A stretch of 64,000 nucleotides of DNA from a virus. The DNA lies in IMG/VR virus record IMGVR_UViG_3300045988_144682; one strand, given 5' to 3'. The notes beneath the pieces are model-generated. The model was given only the letters and a program-made list of their open reading frames with translations. It was not told the origin of the DNA and did not search any database. Position numbers and translations under genes: made by a program. Below are positions 1 to 8,385 of the stretch, one piece after another (position 1 is the stretch's first letter; each line of letters begins with the position of its first letter).

Positions 1-15
1 AAATTAGAATTTTAT
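1..15. repeat. Left arm (window-truncated) of inverted repeat flanking the radical SAM 5' segment
   Basis: AAATTAGAATTTTAT is the exact reverse complement of 190-204. True length unknown because the window starts here. Confidence 0.6.
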
Positions 16-163
16 CATAATTGTGCAAATTGTTGTAATTTTGTTCAAGAACAACGTCATTTCCTAACATTTTGTGGTATGAAGATAGCTTCATACATGC
101 TAAGTTGGGGAATCTATGGTTCTTTCGCCCTATTAAATCGGCATCAACTATCGCAATTTTCAT
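1..163 (-). CDS. Detached, inverted 5' fragment of the radical SAM gene (start + first 54 codons; runs off window edge)
   Basis: ATG at 163 (GGAGG at 180-184 rc, long 16-nt spacing). Translates MKIAIVDADLIGRKNHRFPNLACMKLSSYHKMLGNDVVLEQNYNNLHNYDKILI. The last codons (DKILI) lie in the repeat whose partner is 190-204. Confidence 0.6.
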   Translation of the reverse strand, partial: MKIAIVDADLIGRKNHRFPNLACMKLSSYHKMLGNDVVLEQNYNNLHNYDKILI

Positions 164-189
164 TGTTTTTAGGTAAAATCCTCCACTTC

Positions 190-204
190 ATAAAATTCTA
201 ATTT
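190..204. repeat. Right arm of inverted repeat flanking the radical SAM 5' segment
   Basis: ATAAAATTCTAATTT; encodes (H)KILI in the frame of the downstream ORF. Confidence 0.6.
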
Positions 205-227
205 CTAAGGTTTTTACTGATACAGTA

Positions 228-1142
228 GTGCCAGAAGAAGTTTTGAATATGAAAAATGTGGAATACGGTGGAACAGGATTCTATTATGATAAAGCTCCAA
301 AGCTGCCTGATGACATTGAGCATATTTTCCCTGATTATCATTTATATGATGATTTTGTGAAAGAGCAGATTAAGAAAGGTGTAAAGCCGAAGGATTTAAA
401 GGAATACACCGATGTAAGCGTAGGTTTTACTACAAGAGGTTGTATACGACAATGTAAGTTTTGTGTGAATCAGAATTATAAGAAAGCAAGTGTTCATAGC
501 AGGATTGAAGAATTTTATGATCCGACACGAAAGTATATTTGTTTGCTTGATGACAATATATTCGCTTGCAAAGACTGGAAGCAAGTATTTGATGAACTGA
601 TTGCTACAGGTCACAAATTTTATTTCAAGCAAGGTATGGACGAAAGACTGTTGACAGATGAGAAGTGTGAGTATCTTTTCAATAAGGCAAATTGGTATGG
701 AGATTACACATTCGCATTTGACAATATTAAGGATAGAGAAATCATAGAAAAGAAACTGCAAATGATAAGGGAGCATACGGATAAGCAGTGTAGGTTTTAT
801 GTATTTTGTGGATTTAATCATAATGATCCAGGTATTTATTCAGATGAATTTTGGAAAAATGATATTGCAGATTTGTTTGAGAGAATAAGCATTTTGATGA
901 AATATAAGTGTTTACCATATATTATGCGATACATGGATTACGAGAAATCACCATTCAGAGGAATGTACATAGACATAGCCAGATGGTGTAATCAACCAAG
1001 TTTCTTTAAAAAGAAGACATTCAGAGAATTTTGCATAACGAATGGTAAAGAGTCATCATGTATGAAATACGCAAAATATTTTGAACAGCAATGCCCCGAT
1101 ATTGCAGAGAAATATTATGATTTAAGGTTTACAAATAAATGA
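228..1142 (+). CDS. Radical SAM domain protein, 3' body (no convincing own start; frame open from 177)
   Basis: CX3CX2C cluster motif in GFTTRGCIRQCKFCV. The in-frame upstream stretch KILISKVFTDTVVPEE has no ATG or RBS. The ORF-track start at 228 is GTG. Confidence 0.8.
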   Translation: MPEEVLNMKNVEYGGTGFYYDKAPKLPDDIEHIFPDYHLYDDFVKEQIKKGVKPKDLKEYTDVSVGFTTRGCIRQCKFCVNQNYKKASVHSRIEEFYDPTRKYICLLDDNIFACKDWKQVFDELIATGHKFYFKQGMDERLLTDEKCEYLFNKANWYGDYTFAFDNIKDREIIEKKLQMIREHTDKQCRFYVFCGFNHNDPGIYSDEFWKNDIADLFERISILMKYKCLPYIMRYMDYEKSPFRGMYIDIARWCNQPSFFKKKTFREFCITNGKESSCMKYAKYFEQQCPDIAEKYYDLRFTNK

Positions 1143-1198
1143 AAAATAAATTGTTTTTGTTTTTTAATAAACAAGCGGTAATAATGGAGGAAACGCAA

Positions 1199-1378
1199 AT
1201 GGTTCAAATGACAGGTGATAGAGTCAAGCGTGTGGCTCTTGAAACTATTGAATCCGAAATACCAGATGTTGACTATGGCTGCGACTACGAAAAAGATGTT
1301 GCTTTGGCTTTTATGCATAGAGTTGGAGGTATTGTTACTTTAGCCAATAGGTTAGCGGAAGAATGTGCTGATGGATAA
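1199..1378 (+). CDS. Hypothetical small protein
   Basis: GGAGG 8 nt upstream of ATG 1199; ORF track 1139..1378 in the same frame. Confidence 0.5.
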   Translation: MVQMTGDRVKRVALETIESEIPDVDYGCDYEKDVALAFMHRVGGIVTLANRLAEECADG

Positions 1379-1380
1379 AT

Positions 1381-1869
1381 ATGAAGACAGATAAAAGAAA
1401 GGAAATTACAAAAATTCTGTCTCTATCAATTCAAAAGCACATAAATCCACGCAATGACTCTAGGATATATTGGTCAAGAGAAGTCACGTTTGACTACAGA
1501 ACCAAGAATGCCAAAAGAGTTGATTATATGAGATTTAAGCCAGTAAATAACACGGTTGGAGGAATCGAAAAGGGAGATTTTTACTGTTATGAGGTCAAGT
1601 CTTCCGTAGCAGATTTCCATTCTAAAAATGGACATAACTTCATCGGAGATTGGAATTACTACGTGATGCCAAAAGAAGTATTCGATGAGGTCAAAAAAGA
1701 GATTCCGTATGGTGTTGGTGTATTAGTTCCCAGTGGTCGTTGCCACTCCGGGAGCTGGTACGACTTGAAATCCATAAAGAAAGCTAAAAGAATGAACAGA
1801 GAAAAGCCTATTTCAGAAATGCTGCTGATGATGTTTAGGTCGGCAGCAAGGGATAGGAATGTAGAGTAG
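1381..1869 (+). CDS. PD-(D/E)xK nuclease-like protein (MmcB-like)
   Basis: VDYM...YEVKSSVADF...YYVMPKEVF resembles the D...E-x-K core of MmcB-type nucleases. Confidence 0.55.
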   Translation: MKTDKRKEITKILSLSIQKHINPRNDSRIYWSREVTFDYRTKNAKRVDYMRFKPVNNTVGGIEKGDFYCYEVKSSVADFHSKNGHNFIGDWNYYVMPKEVFDEVKKEIPYGVGVLVPSGRCHSGSWYDLKSIKKAKRMNREKPISEMLLMMFRSAARDRNVE

Positions 1870-1878
1870 GAGAAGAAA

Positions 1879-2763
1879 ATGAAGAAAAAGATGATGGTGG
1901 GAATTTTTGCCATACTTTTATGTTTTTCTTTGGTTGGTTGTAAGGCAGGAGAAAGTAAATCTAAATATCCATATGTTACAGTAAAAAGAACAATGTGGAG
2001 AAATGATAATACAGATATAGATATTGGTGGTGAATATGAGCTTAATGATTTTAATAAAGAAACCACTGAAAATGGCTGTACCGTAACACTCAATTTTGAT
2101 TTAAAGAGTAAGAAAAAGAATAAATCTACATCTGAGACAACCAAAAAAGAAAATGATACTGTGCAAAAATCCAATTCACAATTCAAATTGGATGTTGAGC
2201 CAGTTCTACAATTACCAGAACTTCCTACAGGTTGCGAAATTACTTCACTTGCGACTGTACTCAATTACTATGGATATGATATTAGTAAAACTCAGTTAGC
2301 AGATGAATACCTGGAATGTGGCGAAGTTGGAGATACAGATCCGAATGAGAAATTTATAGGATCACCATATGATATTCATTCGTGTGGTTGTTTCTCTAAT
2401 GTGATTGCAGATGCAGCGAAGAGTTTCAGTGAGAAGAACGGCTGTAATTTCAAAGTATACAATTTATACGGATTGTCATTAGATGATTTATACAAATATG
2501 TAGAAGATGGCAAGCCGGTAGTAATTTGGTCAACTATTGACCTGAAAGAAACATACAGAAATATCACATGGAACGTTGATGGTAAAGAAATAGCATGGCG
2601 TGCAAATGAACATTGTATGGTGCTAATTGGATATGACAAGGACAATAATACTTGTATTGTTTCTGATCCGTTACAAGGTATTAAGGAATATCCGAGAGAT
2701 TTATTTAATCAGAGATATGAGGAACTTGGTAAACAAGCTGTAGTAGTAGAAAAAGGTATTTAA
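1879..2763 (+). CDS. Lipoprotein with C39-like cysteine peptidase domain
   Basis: Lipobox signal MKKKMMVGIFAILLCFSLVGC; LPTGCEITSLATVLNYYGY plus downstream EHCMVLIGYD is consistent with a Cys/His papain-like C39-type fold. Confidence 0.65.
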   Translation: MKKKMMVGIFAILLCFSLVGCKAGESKSKYPYVTVKRTMWRNDNTDIDIGGEYELNDFNKETTENGCTVTLNFDLKSKKKNKSTSETTKKENDTVQKSNSQFKLDVEPVLQLPELPTGCEITSLATVLNYYGYDISKTQLADEYLECGEVGDTDPNEKFIGSPYDIHSCGCFSNVIADAAKSFSEKNGCNFKVYNLYGLSLDDLYKYVEDGKPVVIWSTIDLKETYRNITWNVDGKEIAWRANEHCMVLIGYDKDNNTCIVSDPLQGIKEYPRDLFNQRYEELGKQAVVVEKGI

Positions 2764-2764
2764 T

Positions 2765-2920
2765 ATGTGGGATTTTGAAAAAGATTCAGACAAAACATGT
2801 TTCGACCATCTGGGTGATTATATCCCAGAAAGTATTGCAAACGAAGCGAAAAGAGAACTCAGAAGACGAGGATATTCTGAAGAGAAAATCCGTGAAGAAG
2901 AGTGGAAACGGACAAAATAA
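2765..2920 (+). CDS. Hypothetical 51-aa protein
   Basis: ATG overlaps the upstream stop (TAATATG); open for 51 codons, followed by a small hairpin at 2921-2938. Confidence 0.4.
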   Translation: MWDFEKDSDKTCFDHLGDYIPESIANEAKRELRRRGYSEEKIREEEWKRTK

Positions 2921-3053
2921 CTATTTTATTTGAAATAGCTTATTTAGCCGTTTTCAGACAAAATTATGAGTAAATAATAGAAGTCTTAGTTTCTGGAATT
3001 ACCTATATTACGGTGTTCCAGTATCATAGATAAAATAGTTATTAGGAGTAGTA

Positions 3054-3806
3054 ATGGAAGTCAACGAAATATATAAAGGTGACTGCCTGGAATTGATGAA
3101 AGATATTCCAACGAATAGTGTTGATATGATTTTATGTGATCTTCCGTTTGGGCAGACTGCCCGGAATAAATGGGATTCTGTTATACCGTTTGAACCATTA
3201 TGGCAGCAGTATAACAGAATTATTAAAGATAACGGTGCAATCGTACTATTCGCAAACGGAATGTTCACGGCTGACTTAATGCAAAGTAATAGAAAAATGT
3301 GGCGGTACAATCTTGTGTGGGAGAAAACACAACCGACAGGATTTTTGAATGCTAAGAAAATGCCACTTAGGGCGCATGAGGATATTTGCGTATTTTATAA
3401 GAAATTACCTACATACAATCCTCAGAAAACGACTGGACATATAAGAAAAGTAAGCAAAGCGGAACATAAGCAGAATTGTAAAGAGACTACGGATTATGAG
3501 AAATATGGACTGACTACATATGACAGTACAGAAAGATATCCTAGATCCGTGATTAAGTTCTCAAAAGACATTCAGAAATCAGCCATTCATCCGACACAAA
3601 AACCCGTTGGATTATTGGAGTATCTTATCAAGACTTATACAAATGAAGGTGAACTGGTACTTGATAATTGTGTTGGAAGTGGTAGTACATGTGTAGCTGC
3701 ACTTAATACAAACAGGCAGTATATTGGAATTGAAATGGACGATAAATATTTTGACATTGCTCAGAATAGGATTCGTGATTTCAAAGAATGCTTAAAACAA
3801 GCATAA
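3054..3806 (+). CDS. DNA N4/N6 methyltransferase (beta-class order)
   Basis: Catalytic DLPFG (DPPY-like) lies N-terminal to HPTQKP and the SAM motif DNCVGSGST. RBS AGGAG upstream. Confidence 0.85.
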   Translation: MEVNEIYKGDCLELMKDIPTNSVDMILCDLPFGQTARNKWDSVIPFEPLWQQYNRIIKDNGAIVLFANGMFTADLMQSNRKMWRYNLVWEKTQPTGFLNAKKMPLRAHEDICVFYKKLPTYNPQKTTGHIRKVSKAEHKQNCKETTDYEKYGLTTYDSTERYPRSVIKFSKDIQKSAIHPTQKPVGLLEYLIKTYTNEGELVLDNCVGSGSTCVAALNTNRQYIGIEMDDKYFDIAQNRIRDFKECLKQA

Positions 3807-3822
3807 ATAAAGGAGAAACAAT

Positions 3823-4134
3823 ATGTATGATGATATTGTGAAGTATATTCCATATGGTAGAGAGAACGCCATTAGTAGAGATGATTTGGCAATCAAGGTT
3901 GGATGTTCTGACAGAATTATGCGAGATTTAATAAGTAAGGCAAGAAAGAAAACTGTCATCATCAATATTCAGAATGGTAGTGGATATTACAGACCAACAG
4001 AAGATGATATGGAAGATGTATTGAAATACAAGCATCAGGAAGAAAATCGTGCTACAGAGGTGTTTGGCAATCTGCAGCCGGTAAGAGAATTCATCAGGAA
4101 ATATGGTAAGGGTAAGAAAAATGCGAAAGTGTGA
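3823..4134 (+). CDS. Hypothetical protein
   Basis: AAGGAG RBS; 103-aa ORF in the operon. Confidence 0.6.
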   Translation: MYDDIVKYIPYGRENAISRDDLAIKVGCSDRIMRDLISKARKKTVIINIQNGSGYYRPTEDDMEDVLKYKHQEENRATEVFGNLQPVREFIRKYGKGKKNAKV

Positions 4135-4378
4135 TAGCTGTCTTTATGGTGAAAAACTCTACGATGGTACATTGATTTGCCAACACATCGTATCTATGCA
4201 AGGAAAAGAAACCACACAAGACTATGTGATTTGTAATAGGGTTGCTAAGTGTGATTTCTTTTTAGAAACAAATGTTAAATGTAGTGACTGCCAGGGTAGT
4301 TGCTATGCAATTCAAAGAAGACTTAATTGTAAGAAAATGGAGGTTTTGAAGAATGAAAAGAGTATTGATTGTCATTGA
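4103..4378 (+). CDS. Cys-rich hypothetical protein
   Basis: Several CxxC-like pairs; start uncertain (4103 or 4121). Confidence 0.45.
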   Translation: MVRVRKMRKCDSCLYGEKLYDGTLICQHIVSMQGKETTQDYVICNRVAKCDFFLETNVKCSDCQGSCYAIQRRLNCKKMEVLKNEKSIDCH

Positions 4379-4898
4379 TATGCAGGAGGACTTTGTGCGT
4401 GGTTCTCTGGGATCAAAAGATGCAGAAGCCATTGTAAGTAAAGTTAAAGCTAAAATTACCGAATACATGGAGCGTGGCGATAAGATCATCTTCACTAGAG
4501 ATACACACAGAGAAAATTATTTGGAAACACTGGAAGGTAAGAATCTGCCAGTTGAACATTGTATCTATGGCACAGAGGGATGGCGAATTATTCCAGAGCT
4601 AGTTGATGACTGCAAAGAATATCCAGACTGCTCATTTATTGACAAAGTAACATTTGGGTATGAGAACTGGAAAGATATTTTCGGCACTGTAGATGAATAC
4701 GGTATTGAGTTGGTGGGACTTTGCACTGATATTTGTGTAGTGTCAAATGCACTTGCATTACGAATGTTCTACCCGTCCTGGAACATTTCAGTTGATGAAA
4801 GTTGTTGTGCTGGTGTAACTACTAAGAAGCATAAAGCAGCACTTGAAGTCATGAAATCATGCCAGATTGAGGTTACAAACAGCCAGAAAACTAAATAA
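4353..4898 (+). CDS. pncA: Isochorismatase-family hydrolase, nicotinamidase-like
   Basis: VLIVIDMQEDF (Asp), TRDTHRENY (metal D/H), IDKVTF (Lys) and GLCTDICV (Cys) match the PncA-type triad and metal site. Confidence 0.7.
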   Translation: MKRVLIVIDMQEDFVRGSLGSKDAEAIVSKVKAKITEYMERGDKIIFTRDTHRENYLETLEGKNLPVEHCIYGTEGWRIIPELVDDCKEYPDCSFIDKVTFGYENWKDIFGTVDEYGIELVGLCTDICVVSNALALRMFYPSWNISVDESCCAGVTTKKHKAALEVMKSCQIEVTNSQKTK

Positions 4899-4900
4899 AA

Positions 4901-4909
4901 CTATGTTTT
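4901..4909. repeat. Left arm of short inverted repeat (C5-MTase switch)
   Basis: CTATGTTTT is the reverse complement of AAAACATAG at 5068-5076. Confidence 0.5.
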
Positions 4910-5009
4910 TATGTTGTCGGTCAAGTTCTATCGTGAAAGTCTCAAAACCCTTGATTTCAAAGGCTTTTGCGATACTACGTGTACCGCTAAATAAATCTAA
5001 ACACTTCAT
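4902..5009 (-). CDS. Detached, inverted 5' fragment of the C5 cytosine methyltransferase gene (RBS + first 36 codons)
   Basis: GAAAGGAAG RBS about 10 nt before ATG 5009. Encodes MKCLDLFSGTRSIAKAFEIKGFETFTIELDRQHKNI, i.e. SAM-binding motif I (FxGxG-like LFSGTRS). Confidence 0.7.
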
Positions 5010-5033
5010 TATAGTTTTACTTCCTTTCTCAAA

Positions 5034-5603
5034 TTGCGTATATTACGTGATTACAAACGACCAAATCAAAACATAGATTGGTATGCAGATATCATGGAAG
5101 TAACGGCAAAAGACATTATTGAGAGATTCGGTAGACCGGATGTAATCTGGGCAAGTCCACCATGTACAAGTTATTCTATCGCTGCAATATCACATCACAG
5201 AAAGAAGAATGTTGAAACCGGCAGTCTTGATCCTGTAAGTGATTTTGCAAAGCTATCTGATGAGCTTGTAAAACATACATTAGAGCTTATCAAAGAATTA
5301 AAGCCTAAGTATTGGTTCATCGAAAATCCTAGAGGTGGCATGAGAAAAATGGATTTCATGCAAGGATTGCCACGATACACAGTTACATACTGCCAGTATG
5401 GTGATACACGAATGAAACCTACGGACATATGGACTAACCACCCGAATCCTCAATTTAAGCCAATGTGCCATAATGGTGATCCATGTCATGAGAAAGCACC
5501 TAGAGGGAGTAAAACAGGCACACAAGGTTTAAAGGGTGCTGTACAGAGAAGTGTTATACCAGAGGAATTATGCTTGCATATTGCAGATATATGTAGACTG
5601 TAG
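5034..5603 (+). CDS. C5 cytosine DNA methyltransferase, 3' body lacking motif I
   Basis: WASPPCTSYS (motif IV PC), IENPRGG (motif VI ENV-like), YCQYGDTRMKPT. No FxGxG motif and no RBS; the ORF-track start is TTG. Confidence 0.75.
   Translation: MRILRDYKRPNQNIDWYADIMEVTAKDIIERFGRPDVIWASPPCTSYSIAAISHHRKKNVETGSLDPVSDFAKLSDELVKHTLELIKELKPKYWFIENPRGGMRKMDFMQGLPRYTVTYCQYGDTRMKPTDIWTNHPNPQFKPMCHNGDPCHEKAPRGSKTGTQGLKGAVQRSVIPEELCLHIADICRL
5068..5076. repeat. Right arm of short inverted repeat (C5-MTase switch)
   Basis: AAAACATAG; codons N-I-D of the plus-strand ORF. Confidence 0.5.
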
Positions 5604-5606
5604 ATT

Positions 5607-6116
5607 GTGATTGTAAATGGAAACGAGGTAATTGAGATGGACATGTTAGATATTTGTATTAAACAAGGCTATGTACCGCCAGATTGTAAATTAGATGGTG
5701 CAATAGCTTTTATGATTGTCAGAGATGGAAAAAATCCGTGTGATGGATGCCATGCTGACTGCATACATAAAAAATCGTCATATTGTAGAGAAGTTTTTTA
5801 TGATGATAAATCAAAAAGAGTACAGCGTAGAAAGAAATTGGGAACAAATTCAGAACCAACTATTTATGTAGACACGGCACGTAGTGGTACAACAATTACG
5901 GCTATTTTACCAAATTCTGAGATAGGATATATAAGGCATGTAACAGATGGGATTGAATGTACAGCAGATTATATTGAGAATATGTGCATAAAATATGGCG
6001 CAAAACAAGTTATTATTGATACAAGTGGATTTGGAATAGCTGTATGTGATTCGTTGTTTAACAAAAAATTGCCCTGGTTAGATATAGTTCCTGTTCATTG
6101 TATTTCAGATAGATAA
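5607..6116 (+). CDS. Hypothetical protein
   Basis: 169-aa ORF; start ambiguous (5607 GTG or 5637 ATG). Confidence 0.55.
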   Translation: MIVNGNEVIEMDMLDICIKQGYVPPDCKLDGAIAFMIVRDGKNPCDGCHADCIHKKSSYCREVFYDDKSKRVQRRKKLGTNSEPTIYVDTARSGTTITAILPNSEIGYIRHVTDGIECTADYIENMCIKYGAKQVIIDTSGFGIAVCDSLFNKKLPWLDIVPVHCISDR

Positions 6117-6137
6117 ATGTTTACAAAGGAGATTAAA

Positions 6138-6548
6138 ATGAAAGTATTTTTAGGTGGTACATGTGCCGGTTGGAAATGGCGAGATGAGTTGCAGCCATTG
6201 CTTAAATGCGACTATTACAATCCAATTGTGAAGAATTGGAACGAAGAAGACAGACTGAGAGAAGTCCATGAGAGAGAAACTTCTGATTATGTTTTATATG
6301 GTATTACTAACGGAATTAAAGGCGTATATTCAATTGCAGAAGTTGTTGATGATTCAAACAAACGACCAGAGAAAACAATATTCCTTAATTTATATAAAAC
6401 ATATGAGAGAAGTGGAGAATCTAAGCAGATGGCGCATAGCTTAAAAGCCGTTGAAAATATGTTGAAAGCGAATGGAGTTATAGTATTCAGTGGCGAAAAA
6501 GCACTTCTGGAAGTTGCAGATTATTTGAATAAAGCAGTTTCAATATAA
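6138..6548 (+). CDS. Nucleoside 2-deoxyribosyltransferase-like protein
   Basis: AAGGAG RBS; N-terminal KVFLGGTCAGWKWRDE and the later SIAEVV Glu resemble this Rossmann-like family. Weak assignment. Confidence 0.45.
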   Translation: MKVFLGGTCAGWKWRDELQPLLKCDYYNPIVKNWNEEDRLREVHERETSDYVLYGITNGIKGVYSIAEVVDDSNKRPEKTIFLNLYKTYERSGESKQMAHSLKAVENMLKANGVIVFSGEKALLEVADYLNKAVSI

Positions 6549-6563
6549 GGAGAATGATTACAA

Positions 6564-7322
6564 ATGGGAGAATTTGTAAAACCAAAGAGAGTCATCGTTT
6601 CCGATAAAGAATATATTCAAAAACTTGTTAATGCTAATTTGGTAAAAGACTTACATGACAATGAGGAAATCTGCCCTTATTGTCATGGCACTGGTATGGT
6701 GATAAGAGATAACCAGTATGGATTGTCTGATGATCCAGACAGAAAAGTATGGTTTCCATATAAACATCAAGCGATTACTTTTTGTCAACATTGTTTTAAT
6801 GGTGTGATTCTCAGATGTAAATTGTGTGGAGAAGTAATTCAGCGTGGATATACAAAGCATGATTGTAAACAGCAAAGAGCTATAGACGAGAAATTACGAG
6901 AACAGAAAAAGCGAGAAGAATTTGAGAAAGCACCACTTTTACCAAAGAAAAAACAGAAAGATTATGAATATTTCTTTTCAGAAGAATACACACATGATAA
7001 TGGTTATTTTAATGACTGGGAAGAGTTTTTCGATGACTGGGAAAATGAACACGAAGAGTATGGAGATGTTCGCCCGAAATATGTGTGGGTAACTGAGCCA
7101 GTAGAAATGAGTATAAATGCAGAGAGTATTGCAGAACAGGCAACCGAAGATTTATACGAAGATGCATATGATGATATCTCTGATGGAGAAATAAAAAGAT
7201 TACAGGAAATTCTTGACCACTGGGCGAAAACATGTGGTGTAAGCACAACATACTATGAGAGTCATAAATACAAAGTAAGAATACCGTGGGAAGACTACAA
7301 TAAGAGAAAGGGAAAAGAATAA
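6564..7322 (+). CDS. Zinc-finger protein with acidic C-terminal half
   Basis: CPYCHGTG (DnaJ-type CxxCxGxG), CQHC, CKLCG; D/E-rich tail. Confidence 0.6.
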   Translation: MGEFVKPKRVIVSDKEYIQKLVNANLVKDLHDNEEICPYCHGTGMVIRDNQYGLSDDPDRKVWFPYKHQAITFCQHCFNGVILRCKLCGEVIQRGYTKHDCKQQRAIDEKLREQKKREEFEKAPLLPKKKQKDYEYFFSEEYTHDNGYFNDWEEFFDDWENEHEEYGDVRPKYVWVTEPVEMSINAESIAEQATEDLYEDAYDDISDGEIKRLQEILDHWAKTCGVSTTYYESHKYKVRIPWEDYNKRKGKE

Positions 7323-7324
7323 AA

Positions 7325-7528
7325 ATGGGATTTTGTCAGAGATGTGGTGGATATTGCGCCGATAACTATACATATTGTAAGCCGTGTTACATTGCACTTG
7401 GCACACCATATGGCACATCAATTTCAAAGGGGCATCAATGCAGAAAGTGTGGAAGAATAATTTATGGTAGATACAATTATTGCCTAGATTGCGCACGAAA
7501 GAAAGGATTTTTTAAGGAGGACTATTAA
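7325..7528 (+). CDS. Small zinc-ribbon protein
   Basis: CQRCGG...CKPC...CRKCG...CLDC in 67 aa. Confidence 0.55.
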   Translation: MGFCQRCGGYCADNYTYCKPCYIALGTPYGTSISKGHQCRKCGRIIYGRYNYCLDCARKKGFFKEDY

Positions 7529-7536
7529 GCTAGATT

Positions 7537-8103
7537 ATGAGTAATTTTTACATTGCAGATTTGCATTTAGGACATGAAAATGCAATGAGAAGGTTTGACC
7601 ACAGACCTTTTGAATCATTAGAAGAACAGGACAGAGCGATTATCGCAAATATCAATAACAGAGTATCGCCACAGGATAATCTTTATTTGTTGGGTGATGT
7701 GTCATGGTATAAGCCAGATAAGACTGCAGAACTGATTAAACAGATTAAATGTAAGAACCGATATCTGATTGTTGGAAACCATGATAGTTGGATTAAAGAT
7801 GGAAAATGTAAGAAATTGTTTCAGGGAATCTATGATTTAAAAAGAATCAATGATGAAGGAAGAATTGTTGTACTTTGCCACTATCCATTAGCAGTGTGGG
7901 ATCAGTCACATAGAGGCAGCTATCATTTATACGGTCATGTACATAATAATTTGAGTGAAGACGGAAAAACGCCGACACACAATATCTTGCATAATGAAGA
8001 GATGAAGAATGCATATAATGTAGGATGTATGTTGCCATATATGATGTATACACCAAGAACACTTGATTATATTCTGAAGAAAACCGGGAGGACTTCTAAG
8101 TGA
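7537..8103 (+). CDS. Calcineurin-like metallophosphoesterase
   Basis: Motifs ADLHLGH, LGDV, GNHD, HYP, GHVH. Confidence 0.85.
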   Translation: MSNFYIADLHLGHENAMRRFDHRPFESLEEQDRAIIANINNRVSPQDNLYLLGDVSWYKPDKTAELIKQIKCKNRYLIVGNHDSWIKDGKCKKLFQGIYDLKRINDEGRIVVLCHYPLAVWDQSHRGSYHLYGHVHNNLSEDGKTPTHNILHNEEMKNAYNVGCMLPYMMYTPRTLDYILKKTGRTSK

Positions 8104-8324
8104 ATCTAGTTGAGCATTATATACGAAGAATTATCAGTGCAACGGATATCTCTGACCGATATGAAGAAGAAATGAAAAAGTATAATCCGAACTATGAGTT
8201 AAAAGAACCGATGTATGAAGTAAAACTTGAATATGATTGTTATGGTCATATAGGCGAGTGTACTGAATGGTGGAAGAAATCATACTATATTGAAGTATTG
8301 GAAAAAGGGTATTTTTTAGCATAA
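8100..8324 (+). CDS. Hypothetical protein
   Basis: 74-aa ORF overlapping the upstream stop by 4 nt. Confidence 0.5.
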   Translation: MNLVEHYIRRIISATDISDRYEEEMKKYNPNYELKEPMYEVKLEYDCYGHIGECTEWWKKSYYIEVLEKGYFLA

Positions 8325-8341
8325 ACAAACCAAAATAAATG

Positions 8342-8369
8342 TTGACATTATATAAAAATATGATATACT
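8342..8369 (+). promoter_or_regulatory. Sigma-A-type promoter (TTGACA, 16-nt spacer, TGaTATACT)
   Basis: Perfect -35 at 8342-8347 and extended -10 TGaTATACT at 8361-8369, in the gap before the RNA ligase gene. Confidence 0.65.
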
Positions 8370-8385
8370 AAGAAAGGAGTTAGCA

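Noticed and set aside
2791-2806. Palindrome AAACATGTTT resembling the AAAACATG core of the methyltransferase inverted repeats
   Set aside because: It is a single self-complementary site inside a small ORF, with no partner and no disrupted gene nearby. Other isolated AAAACAT words (7229, 12870, 14809, 19395, 52065 rc) were likewise judged to be chance.
4867-5076. 69-aa plus-strand ORF between pncA and the C5-MTase body
   Set aside because: No RBS and a low-complexity sequence. It is antisense to the well-formed motif-I-encoding fragment (4902-5009), which explains this DNA better.
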